Part shown: positions 25,321 to 38,740 of the stretch, piece after piece
Layout of the letters: each line of letters opens with the position of its first letter
Numbering within the stretch: the stretch's first letter is position 1
Source: Microthyrium microscopicum
Taxonomy: Eukaryota
Assembly: GCA_010405405.1 (NCBI GenBank)
Contig: MU004242.1
Span: 717,751-781,750, forward strand
Direction: 5' to 3'
Length of the DNA: 64,000 nt
Program-made: the position numbers and the translations under genes
The notes under the pieces: generated by a model
What the model saw: only the letters and a program-made list of their open reading frames with translations
Told to the model about the DNA's origin: nothing
Database searches by the model: none

Positions 25321-25619
25321 TTTAGTGGAGGGGGAGGGATGTGGTGAGATTTTTGGAAAGGGAGGATTGGCGCTTTATGAGAGAGGGGAGTCCGAGGATT
25401 CCAGGCGTAGAATAAAATAGGGGGAGAAAATATAAATGTTGGGAAAGATGTAGAGTGGGTTTGATGAGATGAAGTTGAGGCTCGGAAGTTGCCGCACCAT
25501 CTCCGAAAGCCAAGAATCTTCAATCTTGTGGTCCGCAAGCAACTTCTTTACCCAACTCAAGCTCGACCACCACACCATATCTCCGCGTCGCCAGACATCT
25601 CACCAGCTCAATCGTCACG

Positions 25620-26049
25620 ATGAGTGTAAGTAATATCACTTTGAGTCAATTTAAATAGGGATAAGGCGCTAACATTGGCGTTATCTAGCTCTACACATCC
25701 ATCTACAAGTAAATCGCCCTCCGCTCCCACCTCAATCGCCGGCCTCAATCGCGACTCAAGCTAATATACACGTCTAGCACTTTCTTCCGGAGTAATGCGA
25801 TGATGCTTACTACCGTATTTGGCGCGGCATTTGCTTTTCAAGTGTATGTTGTGGTCTACAAATACTGGTGCAAGGCTAATGGGCATATAGAGTGATGGAC
25901 ACCTCAGCAGACCGGATATGGGACAACGTAAACAAGGGCGTATGTTATACAAGATTATCAGTGTCGATCTTGGACTGAGACTGACGATGGAATAGCGGCA
26001 ATGGAAAGATATCAAGGCGAAATATGTCACGAAGGACGATGAGGAATAG
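25620..26049 (+). CDS. QCR9: Cytochrome b-c1 complex subunit 9, 5 exons (not in ORF track)
   Basis: Spliced reading MS|LYTSIYN|TFFRSNAMMLTTVFGAAFAFQV|VMDTSADRIWDNVNKG|RQWKDIKAKYVTKDDEE* with four GT-AG introns; WD..NKGRQWKDIK is the Qcr9 signature. Confidence 0.9.
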
Positions 26050-26750
26050 GCAGTTATGGGAAGCAGAAGACAGTGAAGCAGGCTCGGTGATTCTCAGAGC
26101 GATTGTCAATACAACTTGATGTACCATAGGGGAGTAACTAGCAGACAGTGTTTGCATGAATCAACGGATTAGACTGGCCATGTCTGTTGCCAACAACCAT
26201 CTTTGTACATGTAGCCAGTGATTGCTGTTCAGCGGTTGGAATGAGACATTCTGAACAATGAAGGATTGGCCCTATGTTAGAAGCAGGACAAACCCTAGAA
26301 TTGCTGCTTGTTGGCTATCAATCAGGGGCAATATCCTGTTCAAACAGTCAACACAGTGCAGTCTGAAACTGGTCAAAGTATAGGGACCGGTAAAATGCAG
26401 GTATTTATTGACCTGGGGAAGTTCATACAGTGAGACCGAGGCAAGTGCATTGTAGCGTGACCAGCCCCGCCATGGTCATTGCTGCAGTTTGGTACGCGCC
26501 TGCTCACTTACAAGTTACCGTACCTGTGTGCTGTGAGTCCAGGCTGTCACTTCCTACCATAACTTGCCATCCATGCTCACCCATCGGGATACCTGTACAG
26601 CTCCTGGAAGCCTTCATGACCTTCTCCCAAGTCATTAAACCTTAATCACTTACTACATACAATATACCTCTACTTCATCCGCCTACTCTACATCCCTCCC
26701 TGGTATACACATCATTGCTCGCTACACATCCCCTCCCGCCCGCCGGCACT

Positions 26751-29700
26751 ATGCATGGCCCGCCGATAAACCTCGAGTCTCTCGACCTCATTACCTTCCT
26801 ACGAGTTCTCCCTGCCGCCTATAACTTTAGATACACTGAAGCCGTCCACAATGTCATCCTACAGAAGCTCTTCATAAGCTGCATTGGCCCCACCGGTAAG
26901 TGCCAAATCACATTTCTTGACGATATTGGATGAAATACAATACATCTCATCGCCACTGCATTCGATGGTTACCATAGAATGCGCTCCTAGTCCAGTGCTA
27001 TGGATCCCACCGAATGCGGCGGGCGGCTCAGGCGTGTTGGCTCTGATCATAATCTGTTACTAACAACTTCCAGGACAATACAGCACTCTCTTCTTCCCTA
27101 ACAATACTCCTCCATTCGACCCTGACGTCAAATGGTCTCTTCGCGAAGCTCAGGGCGCTATAGAAGGCGCCGAGTATACAGAAGCTGCCCGCGGTACTGC
27201 TTGCGGCCATATATTTCGACCGGGCGAGGCGAGTTATCAATGCCGCACATGTTCTAGCGATCCAACATGTGTGCTTTGCGCGCGCTGTTTCGATGCCAGC
27301 GACCACGATGGACACCCTGTTTATATTCACGCTAGTGATGGGAATTCAGGATGCTGCGATTGTGGCGATTCAGAGGCCTGGAATCGGCCAGTACACTGCG
27401 GCATTCATTCTGAAGACGAAAGTGCACATGGTCATAAAGACAAGGCAAAGGTATCTGAGCTACCGGCGGAGTTGCTTGAGACTATACGTCAGACTATTTC
27501 AAAGTCACTAGACTATATGTGTGATGTGTGGAGCTGTTCGCCAGAGCAGCTCAGAGCCAACAAGTCCAAAGATAGCATTTTGGAAGATGAGTGCCTATCA
27601 AGACTGGCCAGTGAAGTTTACGGAGGCCCGGACTTGGCTGTACAACAATCTGGCCAAGAAGTTGAGTACGCATTGGTACTTTGGAATGACGAAAAACACA
27701 CCGTGCAAGATGTCAGAGACGCTGTGGCAAGAGCATGTCGTGTTAGCAGCGCAGAAGGGCGGACTCGAGCCGATGAAATTGACAGAGTTGGCCGTACCGT
27801 TGTCAAGTACTCCAAAGACATTAGCGAACTGCTCCGAGCGGCTGTAATCCTGGAACAACCCAAACTCTCAGTCACCATTCGGTCCTCGCGAGACATATTT
27901 CGCGAACAGATGTGCGGTTCTATTGTCGAGTGGATTCTCGATGTCTCCGGTTGCGCTGTTGGCTCAGACGGCAAAATACTTAAGCAAATCATATGCGAGG
28001 AGCTCATGAAAGAATGGCGAGTCGGCAGCTTTGCTCATCACAAGATGGTGGGCCAAGATGGCATCTACGATCATGACAAGGAGGAGGTTCAGAAAGATCT
28101 TCAAGAGAACCTGGGTCCGTATAGTACTGGTTTGATCCAGAGACTCCAACATGCCTGGGGTGCCGCAGCTGATGTGCAAGATGATTCAGTAGACGACGAT
28201 ACTGTAGAGGATCATCCGCAAGATGCCAACGACGCCATGGATATAGACACCCCATTCATCCCCTCAAGTTCTCATGATGTAAATGATAACATGTCAGCAA
28301 GCGGCGTTGGTGAGACATCTGAAGGTCAAAACACTCCTGCCGCGAGCCAGAGTTCCGAAGGCGCTGCTCGTTCCAATAATGATTTCATGTTAGAAGAAGC
28401 TGACAGCAACGATGCCTTGCTGACCATACCTCGGACTCCTGCTGCAAGGGTTAAGAAGACCCCGAAGCCACCGAGTTATTGGCGAGATATGCCAGCAGGC
28501 TGTTACGCTCCTGGCCTCACTTCACCTGAAGAAAATCTTCGGAGAAGAGTTCGATTAGATTGGCTCATTCTGTATGACCTGAGAATGTGGAAACAACTTC
28601 GCATCGACCTTCGAGAAGTCTTCATAACGACACTTATCACCATCCCCAAATTCAAGAGGCTTCTTGCACTGAGATTTGCTAGCGTCTTCACAGTGCTTGC
28701 CGAGCTACACCTCATCGCTGATCGCGAGCCAGATCATTCCCTCATCTTCTTATCTCTCCAACTCCTTACCGTTCCCTCCATTACTACTGAAGTTATCGAG
28801 AGAGGAAACTTCCTTACCAACCTAATGGCCATAATCTATACTTTCCTCTCAACTCGTCAAGTTGGCTATCCCCATCAAGTTGATCTCTCTGCTACTCTGG
28901 CTATCGACCAAGGAGTTGTGTTCAATCGCAGAGCGCAAACGTTCTACCACGATATGCGTCATATGCTTTCCTTGGAGATCGTTCGTGAACGAATACGAAT
29001 TGAGCCTCGGTACCTCCTTCAATTCCTTGATATCGCCAAGATCCACCAAGGGATATGCCCCAATGTGCGAGCTGTTGGCGAACACTTGGAATATGAAATG
29101 GAAGCTTGGATGAGTCTGTCAACAGTGATGACAGAGGTCATGAGGCTCTGTCGTTCCTTTGCAGAATCGTACTACATCCAAAATGAGGATCACTCTCCAA
29201 ACTTGCAAGGCGCTCTACGAACCGCAGCAGGTGTCGCAATCATTAATTCGCTGGGTTGCGAATTGTCACGCTTTGAGCAAGGAGAGATCAAACAACTGGT
29301 GCAATTTCATAGCCTGGGACCATTCGAATTTGACCATCAACATGCACCGCCATACTGGACAGTTCGATACAAGGTTGCCGAAGAACCTATGAGCTGCTAT
29401 CATCCGCTACACTATATCCTGTCCTGGCTGCTAAGCGAAGCACGATCAGAGAGCGCCGACTATATCAAAGGCTTGCTACACTTTTCGGAAAGTGATCTTC
29501 AACCAATGATTACATCCAAATCTACATACAAAAAACTCAAGGACGTTGGCGATATTCCCGGCAACTATCTCTTGGCCATGTTCGATCTTCCCATCCGTGT
29601 TTGCGCCTGGTTGGCACAAACTCGCGCTGGAATGTGGGTACGAAATGGTCTCTCGTTGAGGCATCAGATTCAGCAGTATAAGAGTGCTAGCCGAAGAGAG

Positions 29701-32700
29701 CTTACATACCAACGAGACATCTTTTTGGTCCAAACAGCTTTCGTCATTTGCGAGCCAGGAACTGTTTTGGCTACCTTGGTCGACCGCTTTGATCTGTTAG
29801 ATTGGGCACAAGGCAATTACGAACCACATCCGGCACGAGATGAGGCGCAGACTATCGACGTTGCCGAGGAGTTCATTCATCTTCTCATTGTTATCCTATG
29901 TGACCGACTAAACCTTATCGTTGGTGATCGCGAAAAGCTTGCCGAGACCATGACCAAACGGGAGCTCATCCACGCTCTCTGCTATAAGCCTCTTTCGTAC
30001 GCCGAGCTAAAGAAATATCTGACTGAGCGTGTGAAGGAAGCCGACGATCAAGGCATTCTCCAAGAGTTGACTGCCTACAAACCTCCCGAGGGTATGACAG
30101 ATCATGGCACATTCACACTGAAAGATCAATATTTTGAAGAGATTGACCCATACTTGTCATATTTGACCCGCAATCAGCGCGAAGAGGCCGAAACAGCTTA
30201 CCGGAAACATTTTGCAAAGAAACTCGGCAAGGATGTGTCCGAAATCGTGTATGAGCCTAATATCGTGCCGATCGAGTCTGGTTTGTTCAAGGACATTCAC
30301 CAATTTACAAGAACGCCACTGTTCGCACAGGTCATCTTTTACTTCATTCAGTATGCTATGATGGCGCCAAACTTTGCACCCGATGTGCAGGCGACTAAGA
30401 TCGAGCAACTCTTCCAGTTCGTTCTACAGCTTACACTTGTGGCTATTGTCTTGGACGACTCTACGGAGTTTGTGGAGGAGTTCGATGTGGTCATGGATGT
30501 TGATGATCCTTCTGGAGAACTGAATGCGCCGCCAAAATACCTTAGCTTCTGCAAAATGATGTTGGAGAAGAAAGCGACCAAAGTTGTCTCAAACGACACT
30601 ATCGCGAGTGCTCTTCGACGAAGTATGGAACTGGACCATTTGAAATCTTGTGCGCCACGCGTCAAGGCGATCTTCCAGCATCTCCAGGAGAAACGACCAG
30701 ATGATTTCCGTACTTGGATGACGAACCTTAACCTTCCAATGGATGTGTTTGGCCAATCGACCCAAGCCAATGATGCAGCTGCCAAAGAAATAAAGAAGAA
30801 GCAGGCTCTCGAGCGACAGGCCAAAGTGATGGCACAATTTAAACAACAACAAGCTTCATTTTTGGAAAACCAATCTCTGGACTGGGGCGAAGATTTTGAA
30901 GATCTTGATGATGATGAGATGACCGTTACTGCGCATGAAAAGGTGACTCGTTTTCCATCCGGCTCTTGCATTCTTTGTCAGGAAGAGACAGACGACAATA
31001 GACTTTATGGTACTTTTGGATTCATCAGCGAGAGTCGAATGTTTCGAGACACTCCCATTCGTGATGCAGACTGGGTTAACGAAGTACTCGATACACCTGA
31101 AAGTCTCGATCACGAGTGCGTTGAGCGTCCATTCGGAGTTGCCTCCAAAAACCGCCGTGTCATTCGCAAGACGGGAACTGACGGCAAAGTCATTGAACTC
31201 GAACGACAGGATCTAGCCAAAGGATTTCCAAACACATATATCTCTCCGAATCCGGTGAGTGTGGGCTGTGGCCATATCATGCACTATACTTGCTATGAGG
31301 TCTATGTGGCTGCGACTGCGAGGCGCCATCAGCAGCAAATTGCTCGGCATCATCCAGAGACTATTGAACGGCACGAATTCTTGTGTCCACTGTGCAAAGC
31401 GCTTGGCAATACGTTCTTGCCAATTATCTGGAAGCCGCAACCTCTACAGTATCCTGGCGCATTAGCTGGTCCTGAGGAGGACTTGGAGACGATGATTGCA
31501 GGAGTGACTGGCCAACTCAACGATTCTTCGTACTTGCAGCACGCTGAGACTGCGCTCAAGAGCTACGCAGAAAGCAATTTCGTGCCTGGATTGGCTGCGC
31601 AGGTTCAACCTAGTTTGATGGAGCTCAAGAATAAAAGAAGTCAGATTCCTCCACCGATACCAGGATTCCCAGGCCGTATCATGGACTTTGACAACCCGGT
31701 GGAGAGTTTGAGCAATATTTTGAGTCGACAAGATAGTCTCTCGTTCTCAGCTGCTAGCACGCCAATTGAGTCTCCACGGATATCAGGTGCCCTCAACGTA
31801 TCAGAACTGCGAAGAGTATACGACACACTAGAAGCCGCACTCAAACTTGCAGATCTCCAATATCCGAACAGCTACAGTACCAGCGAATGGGACGAATTTG
31901 GCGCTCTGATCTCTGCACTTTCCGGATCGATAAAAGCAGCTGAGATCGCCCAACGTGGTGCCGCTTCGCCCAATTTGGACGCCACCTTCATTGAGAAGAT
32001 TAGCTCCCAATCTCTTATGCATCTGAGAGTGCTGAGCGAGACTATCATGTCATTCCTTGCAGTCAATCTCATGAGCAACTCTACCAACAGCGACTCTAGC
32101 CACAATTCCAGCCAGTTCGAACTCGAGAGCCGTCTTGAACGACATATGGGAAGTCTGTTCCTACATTCTAATGATATCGAGGGCGCATTCTCGAGGTTTC
32201 CGGCGTTACTTGCGCAAGATCCATTCGCTGTCTTCACGGAACTCACGCTTTGCCCTGTGCCGGATTTTGATCTCAAGTTCCACATGAAGCTTTTCTATAT
32301 GGCCGAGATTGTAAGGGTTATCGTGTCTTTCTCAACCAAGACCGATGAAGACCCTGATATCAACGACGAAATCCTCAGCATCCGAACACGCCCCAGCGAG
32401 CCAGCCCCTCCCGCCTTCCTAGAACTCGTCAAACTCATCGGCGAGCACCTCCACGGTGGCCTAGGTAGTTACGTATCCTCCCAAGCCCTCTGGATGCTCT
32501 GCCGAAAATACGCCCTCCCCTTTGTCCGCAATTCCGCCATTCTCGTACATATCCGCTACGGCATCGACTTTCCTATCCCCACCACACCTTCTTCCCTATC
32601 TGAACTCGCACGCCTGTCCACACTTCTAGATCTACCCTCCCTATCAGATCTAGTCTCCGAGTTCATTACTTCCCCTTCTGCGCGGGTGATGGGTACGAAG

Positions 32701-33548
32701 TGGGCGCAGCATTACACCGAGCAAGACGACATTATAAATCTCGCTCATCCTGCTATCTTTGAACTCGTAGGCTTGCCGAAGAACTTTGATACATTGCAGG
32801 ATGAAGTTATGAGACGGAAATGTCCTGCTACTGGACGCGCGCTCTGGGATCCGGCGATCTGTCTACTTTGCGGCGAGATTTTCTGCTCACAGAGCCAGTG
32901 TTGTACGAAACCAGCGACTGATGGGCATGGGAACACTGGGAGAAAGGTTGGTGGTTGCTGGCAACATCGTGTCAAGTAAGTTTCCCTCAAAACCCCCTTT
33001 GCCCACACCATCCAACCGCTCGACAAAAAATAAGTGGACGCGCTCCCATCAAGTGCGGTGTCTACCATCTGCTGCGCTTTGGCACCGGTGCTCTATTCCC
33101 CTTGCCAATGATTATATACCGTTGGATTATCCTTCGAGTACGCTGGGTGATAAGGCATTTTCTCGTTATGAAATGCGATGGTAGACACCGTTGTCGATGG
33201 GAGTGCGCCATCATTTACGCCCCTCATTCCCATCCTTTCCCTCCTATCCTATCCTTGTTTCTTTACTAACAATCTCACAGATGCGGCGGCAAAGTCGGCA
33301 TTTTCCTACATATCCGCAAATGCACAATACTGTACCTGCATGAAGGCAGCGGCTCATTCACCGTCGCTCCCTATCTTGACAAATTCGGCGAGGCAGATCC
33401 CAGCTTGAGGAGCAATTTGCAGCTCTTTTTGAATCAGAAGAGATATGATAGTATTTTTAGGTCTGCGTGGCTGATGAGCCAAATTCCGAGTGTCATTGCG
33501 AGACGGTTGGAGGGGGAGATTAGCACAGGGGGATGGGAGACTTTATAA
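26751..33548 (+). CDS. UBR1: N-end rule E3 ubiquitin ligase UBR1, 3 exons
   Basis: UBR box (CGHIFRPGE..C..C..CDCGD..C..H), ClpS-like WNDEKHT segment, WVRNG, RING (CILCQE..CGHIMH..CPLCK), C-terminal YLDKFGEAD..GWETL*. Introns 26896-27073 and 32976-33280. Confidence 0.95.
26896..27073 (+). other. 178-nt UBR1 intron 1, member of the ~54-bp-unit intron family
   Basis: GTAAGT..CTAAC..CAG. Unit GCCACTGCATTCGATGGTTACCATAGAATGCGCT..CAGTGCTATGGATCCCACC with a 54-bp period (26952/27006). Confidence 0.8.
32976..33280 (+). other. 305-nt structured (fold-back) last intron of UBR1, member of the same family
   Basis: GTAAGT..CTAAC..CAG. Perfect 14-bp inverted repeat 33056-33069 / 33177-33190, extended by 33040-33050 / 33196-33206. 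Confidence 0.8.
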
Positions 33549-34058
33549 ACGTTGTGGTATTGGGTTTCGGTTGGGGTGATGGGGGTAATGACTGATGATG
33601 ATATTGTTTGATAGATTGGGGCTGGATGAATGATTATGAGATAGAATGCAATGAGTTTTACGTGGGTATTATTGGATTTACTACCTATGGATTCACTACA
33701 TACACTACCACACTTTGCATTTCTGTTGTTGATTCAAAGACCAATGTACTCCCAGCTGAGTCGATGGGGTTACATCAGATCCGTAGTTGTTAAGTAGCAA
33801 CTGTGGCAGTTGGCGACCCGATCTGAGGCTTCAAAGAATAGCGCGGAAATGTCTACATCCATACCACAGGTCTAATGGCTGGGGTTGTTTCCTGCGATCG
33901 ATTGGAAGGTTCTTTGTTTTGGGACGTGTCTTTCTCGCATAGCATCCATTCAAGTCAGGGGATTGCGTGCAAATCGGGTGTCCGCTTGACAGATAGTCCT
34001 TTCCAAAGGTTTCGATTAATATGTCAGCTCTTCCGAAAACACGGACTCCTTGAATTCT

Positions 34059-35498
34059 TCATCCCATCTCATGAACGTTTGAAGCCGGTCCACGGCCAGA
34101 AGAAGCAACCTGGTGAGGTGGTTGATATGGAAGTGCTTGTGGAGGACTATACGCCTGCCCAGGAGCTGGCTCACTGTGCGTCTGTCCTGTGACATCTGGA
34201 GACACCAGCGGCGGCGTCGCCAAATACGCCTGTCCGGGTGCTGGTGTACCGCTAAGCTCGGAAAGCTGTGTTGTACTATAATTATGTCCCAAGAGCCCCG
34301 TCTGTCCTGTTGACTCTGGAGATATTGCCTCTCGTGTGCCTGTATATGTCGTCTGTCCAGCTTGTGCCTGGCTATATGTTTGAGCTGGCCAGGTCGCACC
34401 CATAGGCGTTGACGTCTCCATCGGTGCTGCGTATGGGTTTACTTGCACTGGACTGGATCCCATGTTACCCTTGCTGGCAAAATATTCCGCCTGTGCTCCA
34501 CCAGCGGGAAAGTAATTGAGCGGCGCGACATTGGTGATACCAACAGGTTGTATGCCGGCACGCATCGCATTTTGCTGGTCGATGGCGCGGAGGTTGCGTC
34601 TGTGCCGTCGACAGCATAATATGACGATGACGATTGACGATATGTATCCGATACCAAGGGCGACGAAAATGATTATCAGAGGGATCAGCAAAACGGCCGT
34701 GGAGGTTGTCGAGCTGCTATAGTCATAGCTGTTGCTGCCACCGCTATACAAAGAGGTTGTGTATTTCCCAGACGAGCTTGATCGGCTTGTGACGGCATAG
34801 TAGGGAGCGGTGGAAACGTAGGCTGTTATGTAGGAGTAGCCTGTGTATAATGTGTTGCGGATGGTCGATGTTACGGGTGTCATTTGTGATTTGGCGTCTA
34901 TTCCACAGCCATAGCCGGTTACTCCTTTTCCAGGATCTGTGTATTGTATTAGTACATCATGAGGACTAGAGGAACCGATCTGACTTACATGTGTATGTCT
35001 GACAATATGGCTCTGCTGCTGCAGAACAGACAAGATTCAGAGTATTGCTGAGGCAACTTGAGCCGCACTGATTGCCATTGTATTGAGACCTGTCGTAGCA
35101 TTTGCTGGCGAATTCACAGTTCGTGTAGCCGCCATAACAGCAGCCTTGAATATATAGGCTGGCAGTGTAGATTGCACAGGATCCAATCTGGCAAGAGAGG
35201 ACCGAGCCTAGAGAGTTTGTTAGTATGTTTACGAAGCAAAATCCGATCTTGATATTTAGGACTTACTTTCGGACGCCGATGCATCCCAAATCCAACCACA
35301 AGTGTCTGCTGAAGCATATGACCTTTTAACTAATGGATTGCGAGAATGATCTGGTGCCTCTGTTGGCTTCGGAGATACTGAGTCCTGAACTGCGAAATTT
35401 CGTGCGACTATAGTCGGTTCTGGCCCAGGAAACGCGATAGATGCTCCTCTTTGGGCAAGAGTCAACAGACTTAACGCGTAAGAAAACCGCGAAATCAT
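34059..35498 (-). CDS. Type I membrane protein (signal peptide, Cys-rich ectodomain, one TM, P/Q-rich tail), multi-exon
   Basis: MISRFSYALSLLTLAQ.. start, TCGW followed by Cys-rich exons, TM VLLIPLIIIFVALGIGYISSIVIVILCCRR, and a low-complexity cytoplasmic tail. Exact internal splice sites are only partly resolved. Confidence 0.7.
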
Positions 35499-36363
35499 TG
35501 GAAATTCGCGGCGGACAAGATGAGATCAATGAGCGTGAGTTGAAGATAATGACAGAAAAGAATGAGCGAATATCACGTTAGCGGTTGAATTAGAGGAGTG
35601 AGCAAAAGCGCCATGGAAATGTTAGACAAAGCCATTCCTGTTGAAGTGCATCAAATATCACGAAGTGTTCGACCATTTTCTGCTTGCCAAGAGGCTTGGT
35701 GGTTGAGAGGATTGAAGATTGGCTGGGAGTGGTGGTTGAGTCTAGGCCGTGGCTTATGGAGATGGATATCTTTGGCTGCTGCATTTAGATCAGCAAGAAA
35801 GCGGAAAGATTGGGCTTGATACAAAACAAGATTAAGCAAAAGAACGACAGGGGACAACACGAGCAAATTCCCACCTCTGCGGCTCTGCCACCTTCCTTCC
35901 CCCGGTCTTCCAACTTCAACGCTCCATCTCCATCACGATTCACCGACAACCTAGACGATTTATATCGAAAACTTACACCACAGGCATCCCTTGGACTTGT
36001 ATTGTGAAGCACCGTTGGAGAACAGATTCATCAATTACATATTGGTTCATGGAAAGCACTTTGATAGGTGCATCATGTTTCTTTGACAATTGACCTCGTT
36101 GTATTTACCCCTTTCTGGCATGTCATGGTACAGCAAGAGCTCTGTTCTCAGAACTACCTACCTATTGCCCGTCTCCAAGAAGATATGCTAAATGTCCAAG
36201 TCGCACGCCCTATAAACATATTGACAAAGCTAATGATCTCGCGAAGAATCATTTTGAATTCCACACCACTAACTACCGCAGCACCGTGTCTATTGGAAAC
36301 TTGTGACTCCCTTTCCCATGCTGATCTAGTTCTACTCATTGATCGGCTTTGCTCTTGTCATTA

Positions 36364-38740
36364 TCAATCAAACAGTTCAAAAGCGCTCTCAGACACCGAA
36401 TCTTCGCGCTTGCTGTCATCTGTTGTTTGTCCATTCTCCTCCGGCTGGTCGGCAGTGGTCACATCCATATCTACAAATTAGGATGTTAGCATGATCAAGA
36501 CAGTCAAGACAGTCAACACCTTGAACACATCAGACATGCCAAGAACCCAAGGGGATATCCAACAAGATTTTTCTTTCCGCAAGAGCAAGGAGAGAACTAA
36601 CCTGGGCTTTCGGTCCTATGCTTGTCAAGACGCTTCAAATCTTTCAGTCCTCCTTCGAGGACAGTCAATTGCTCAGCACAGCGACCGCGCTCAACCGCGG
36701 TCTCCTTGCTCTCTCCAGCAAGACGGGCGACATCCTCCTCTTCCATCTCATACACGATCATCGCTTCGAACAAGGACGATAGTTGTCCAATGAGGCAGTG
36801 CTCAATGGCAAGAACACTCACATCATCGACGAATCTCTTCAACGCTACCTTGTAGTACGCTTGCATGTAGTCGATAGCTGCATCGCTTGCATGTTTTTCC
36901 ATGTCAACTTCAGTTCGCTCCTCAAGCAAAGTCAAGAGTTTTGAAGGGTCTACATTATACTCACTCTCCCTGTTGAAATCTTGTTTGCCAAAATAGCTTT
37001 TCAGAGCTTCTTCGAGAGCACGTCGTTTCCTGGCAGCCTGGGCTTTCTGTACATTGTCCGTAAAGTAGTGGTTGTACGTAATGGGATGACCACTGTAGTG
37101 CAATCCGAGAAGCTCCTTCACTTTCTCATCAAGCCCGAGTTTGAGAGTCTCAATCCCGGTACGCACAAACTGAAAGATCGCGGCAGCAGTCTCATCGACA
37201 GAGATGTGGTTGATTATGGTTCCCGTGACCCAGTAGACTGCTTCGAGGATGGTATCCTTATAACTGACGGCAATTTTCTTCCATGGCTGACATTGATCCG
37301 TGAACAACTCGCCAACGATAAGGGGATTGAACATGCCTTGGAGCTCACGCCCTCTGCTACGCTGGATCATGTCACTGACCTCTTGAATGTAGTCAGATCG
37401 AGCGACTTTCTTGCCAGCGGAATCATCATCTCCAACAGGACCCTCAACGATGATACGTGTCTCTCCGTTCAAGCGCATGTCATCTTTGAACTTGTTCAAT
37501 GAGTCTTGCACTACAGCACGCAGCCGTTTTTGACGCCCTTCCATGGTTTTGGAACTTCCAAAGAACCGATCATCGTAAATGCCATCCACGGCGGCCTTTA
37601 TCAATGCGGTAAACTGCTGACTGATCTGCAAGAGGTAGCGGCGCTGCTCGTTTGTAGTGATGCGTGAAATTCCCAACCGGTCCAAACGACTACGGCAGCC
37701 TGAGATGCCGGCTTCGACATCCTCAAGAAGACTGGGGAGTTGATACAAAATTTGGTCCTTTAACACATTGCTAAGCCTTGATTTCAATGGCTTGACTCCA
37801 AGCTGACTGGGGTCTAGAGATGTCCAGATGCCGAGAGAAAAGAATGACTCTTCGTCTGCATCGCGTTGGGCCGAAGAAGCGGCTCTTGTCTCGTAACTCC
37901 GGTTCTTCAAGACATGCCAACCAAGTCGAAAGACCACATCTTTGTTTTGCGCCAACTTGAAGTAAGCGGCTTCGCTATCGGAACCCGCGTCTAAGGTATC
38001 GGGCTTTGCTGTCATAGGTTAGTTGAACGAGCTATCACATGAGCTCCTGGATACATACTGATGAGACCTAGAGTCCGCATTCCCTTGCGATCAAGTTTAC
38101 GAGCAAGCTCCGTCACTTCCTGAAGAGCAAAGTCGCTCTTGGCTGAGACGACGGCAAGAATGATGCTTCGCGGTCTCTCCATGTACCCTCGAACCATACT
38201 TCGGACAATTTTCGCATCGTCAGTTGACTGGTCCCGGTTTCCTGCACGAAATATACCTGGAAGATCGACCATGGTGAGATGTGGCTGATTTGGTCCACAA
38301 AGCTCAACGCGAAGAGTATCGGTGCTGAAGACTTTTGCGTCTTCCTCGGACAGGCCCATCACCCACTTTGCGCCCTCGATAGTCTCACCAAGATCAAAGG
38401 TGGAAACATCCACCTCTGGAATGTCGCGACGAAATCTAGCAAGCTCCACCTTCTCTTCCACAGAGCGTTCAGGCCCCGGAATGATTGAAATCTTGATTCC
38501 GGTGGAAACATCTCGGCGAAGAACCAATTCTGTAGCAAATCGGGTGCAAAGGGCGTCTTTGGTTGGAAAGGATATGCCAGAGATTGCTTCCAGGACAGAG
38601 CTTTTCCCGGAGGACTGGTCGCCGCAGACAATGATTTCTGGCAGGTCGACGTATCTGCTGATGCCTTTGGATCGGAGTTTATCAATGATATCCAAAAGAT
38701 CACGATGATCTTTGGACTGAAGAGTTACCGAAGTTGCCAT
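36364..38740 (-). CDS. Dynamin-family GTPase (Mx-like fungal dynamin-like protein)
   Basis: G1 CGDQSSGKSS, G2 CTRF, G3 DLPG, and G4 TKPD formed across intron 38009-38058; GWHVLKNR, GRELQGMFNP and a GED-like C-terminus. The main ORF stops at 36597. A possible last intron 36471-36601 adds a short acidic exon ending at 36364 (less certain). Confidence 0.88.

Noticed and set aside
38012..38058. Frameshift or pseudogene in the dynamin gene (similarly UTP18 and the MFS genes)
   Set aside because: Canonical short introns restore the frame and complete conserved motifs such as TKPD.
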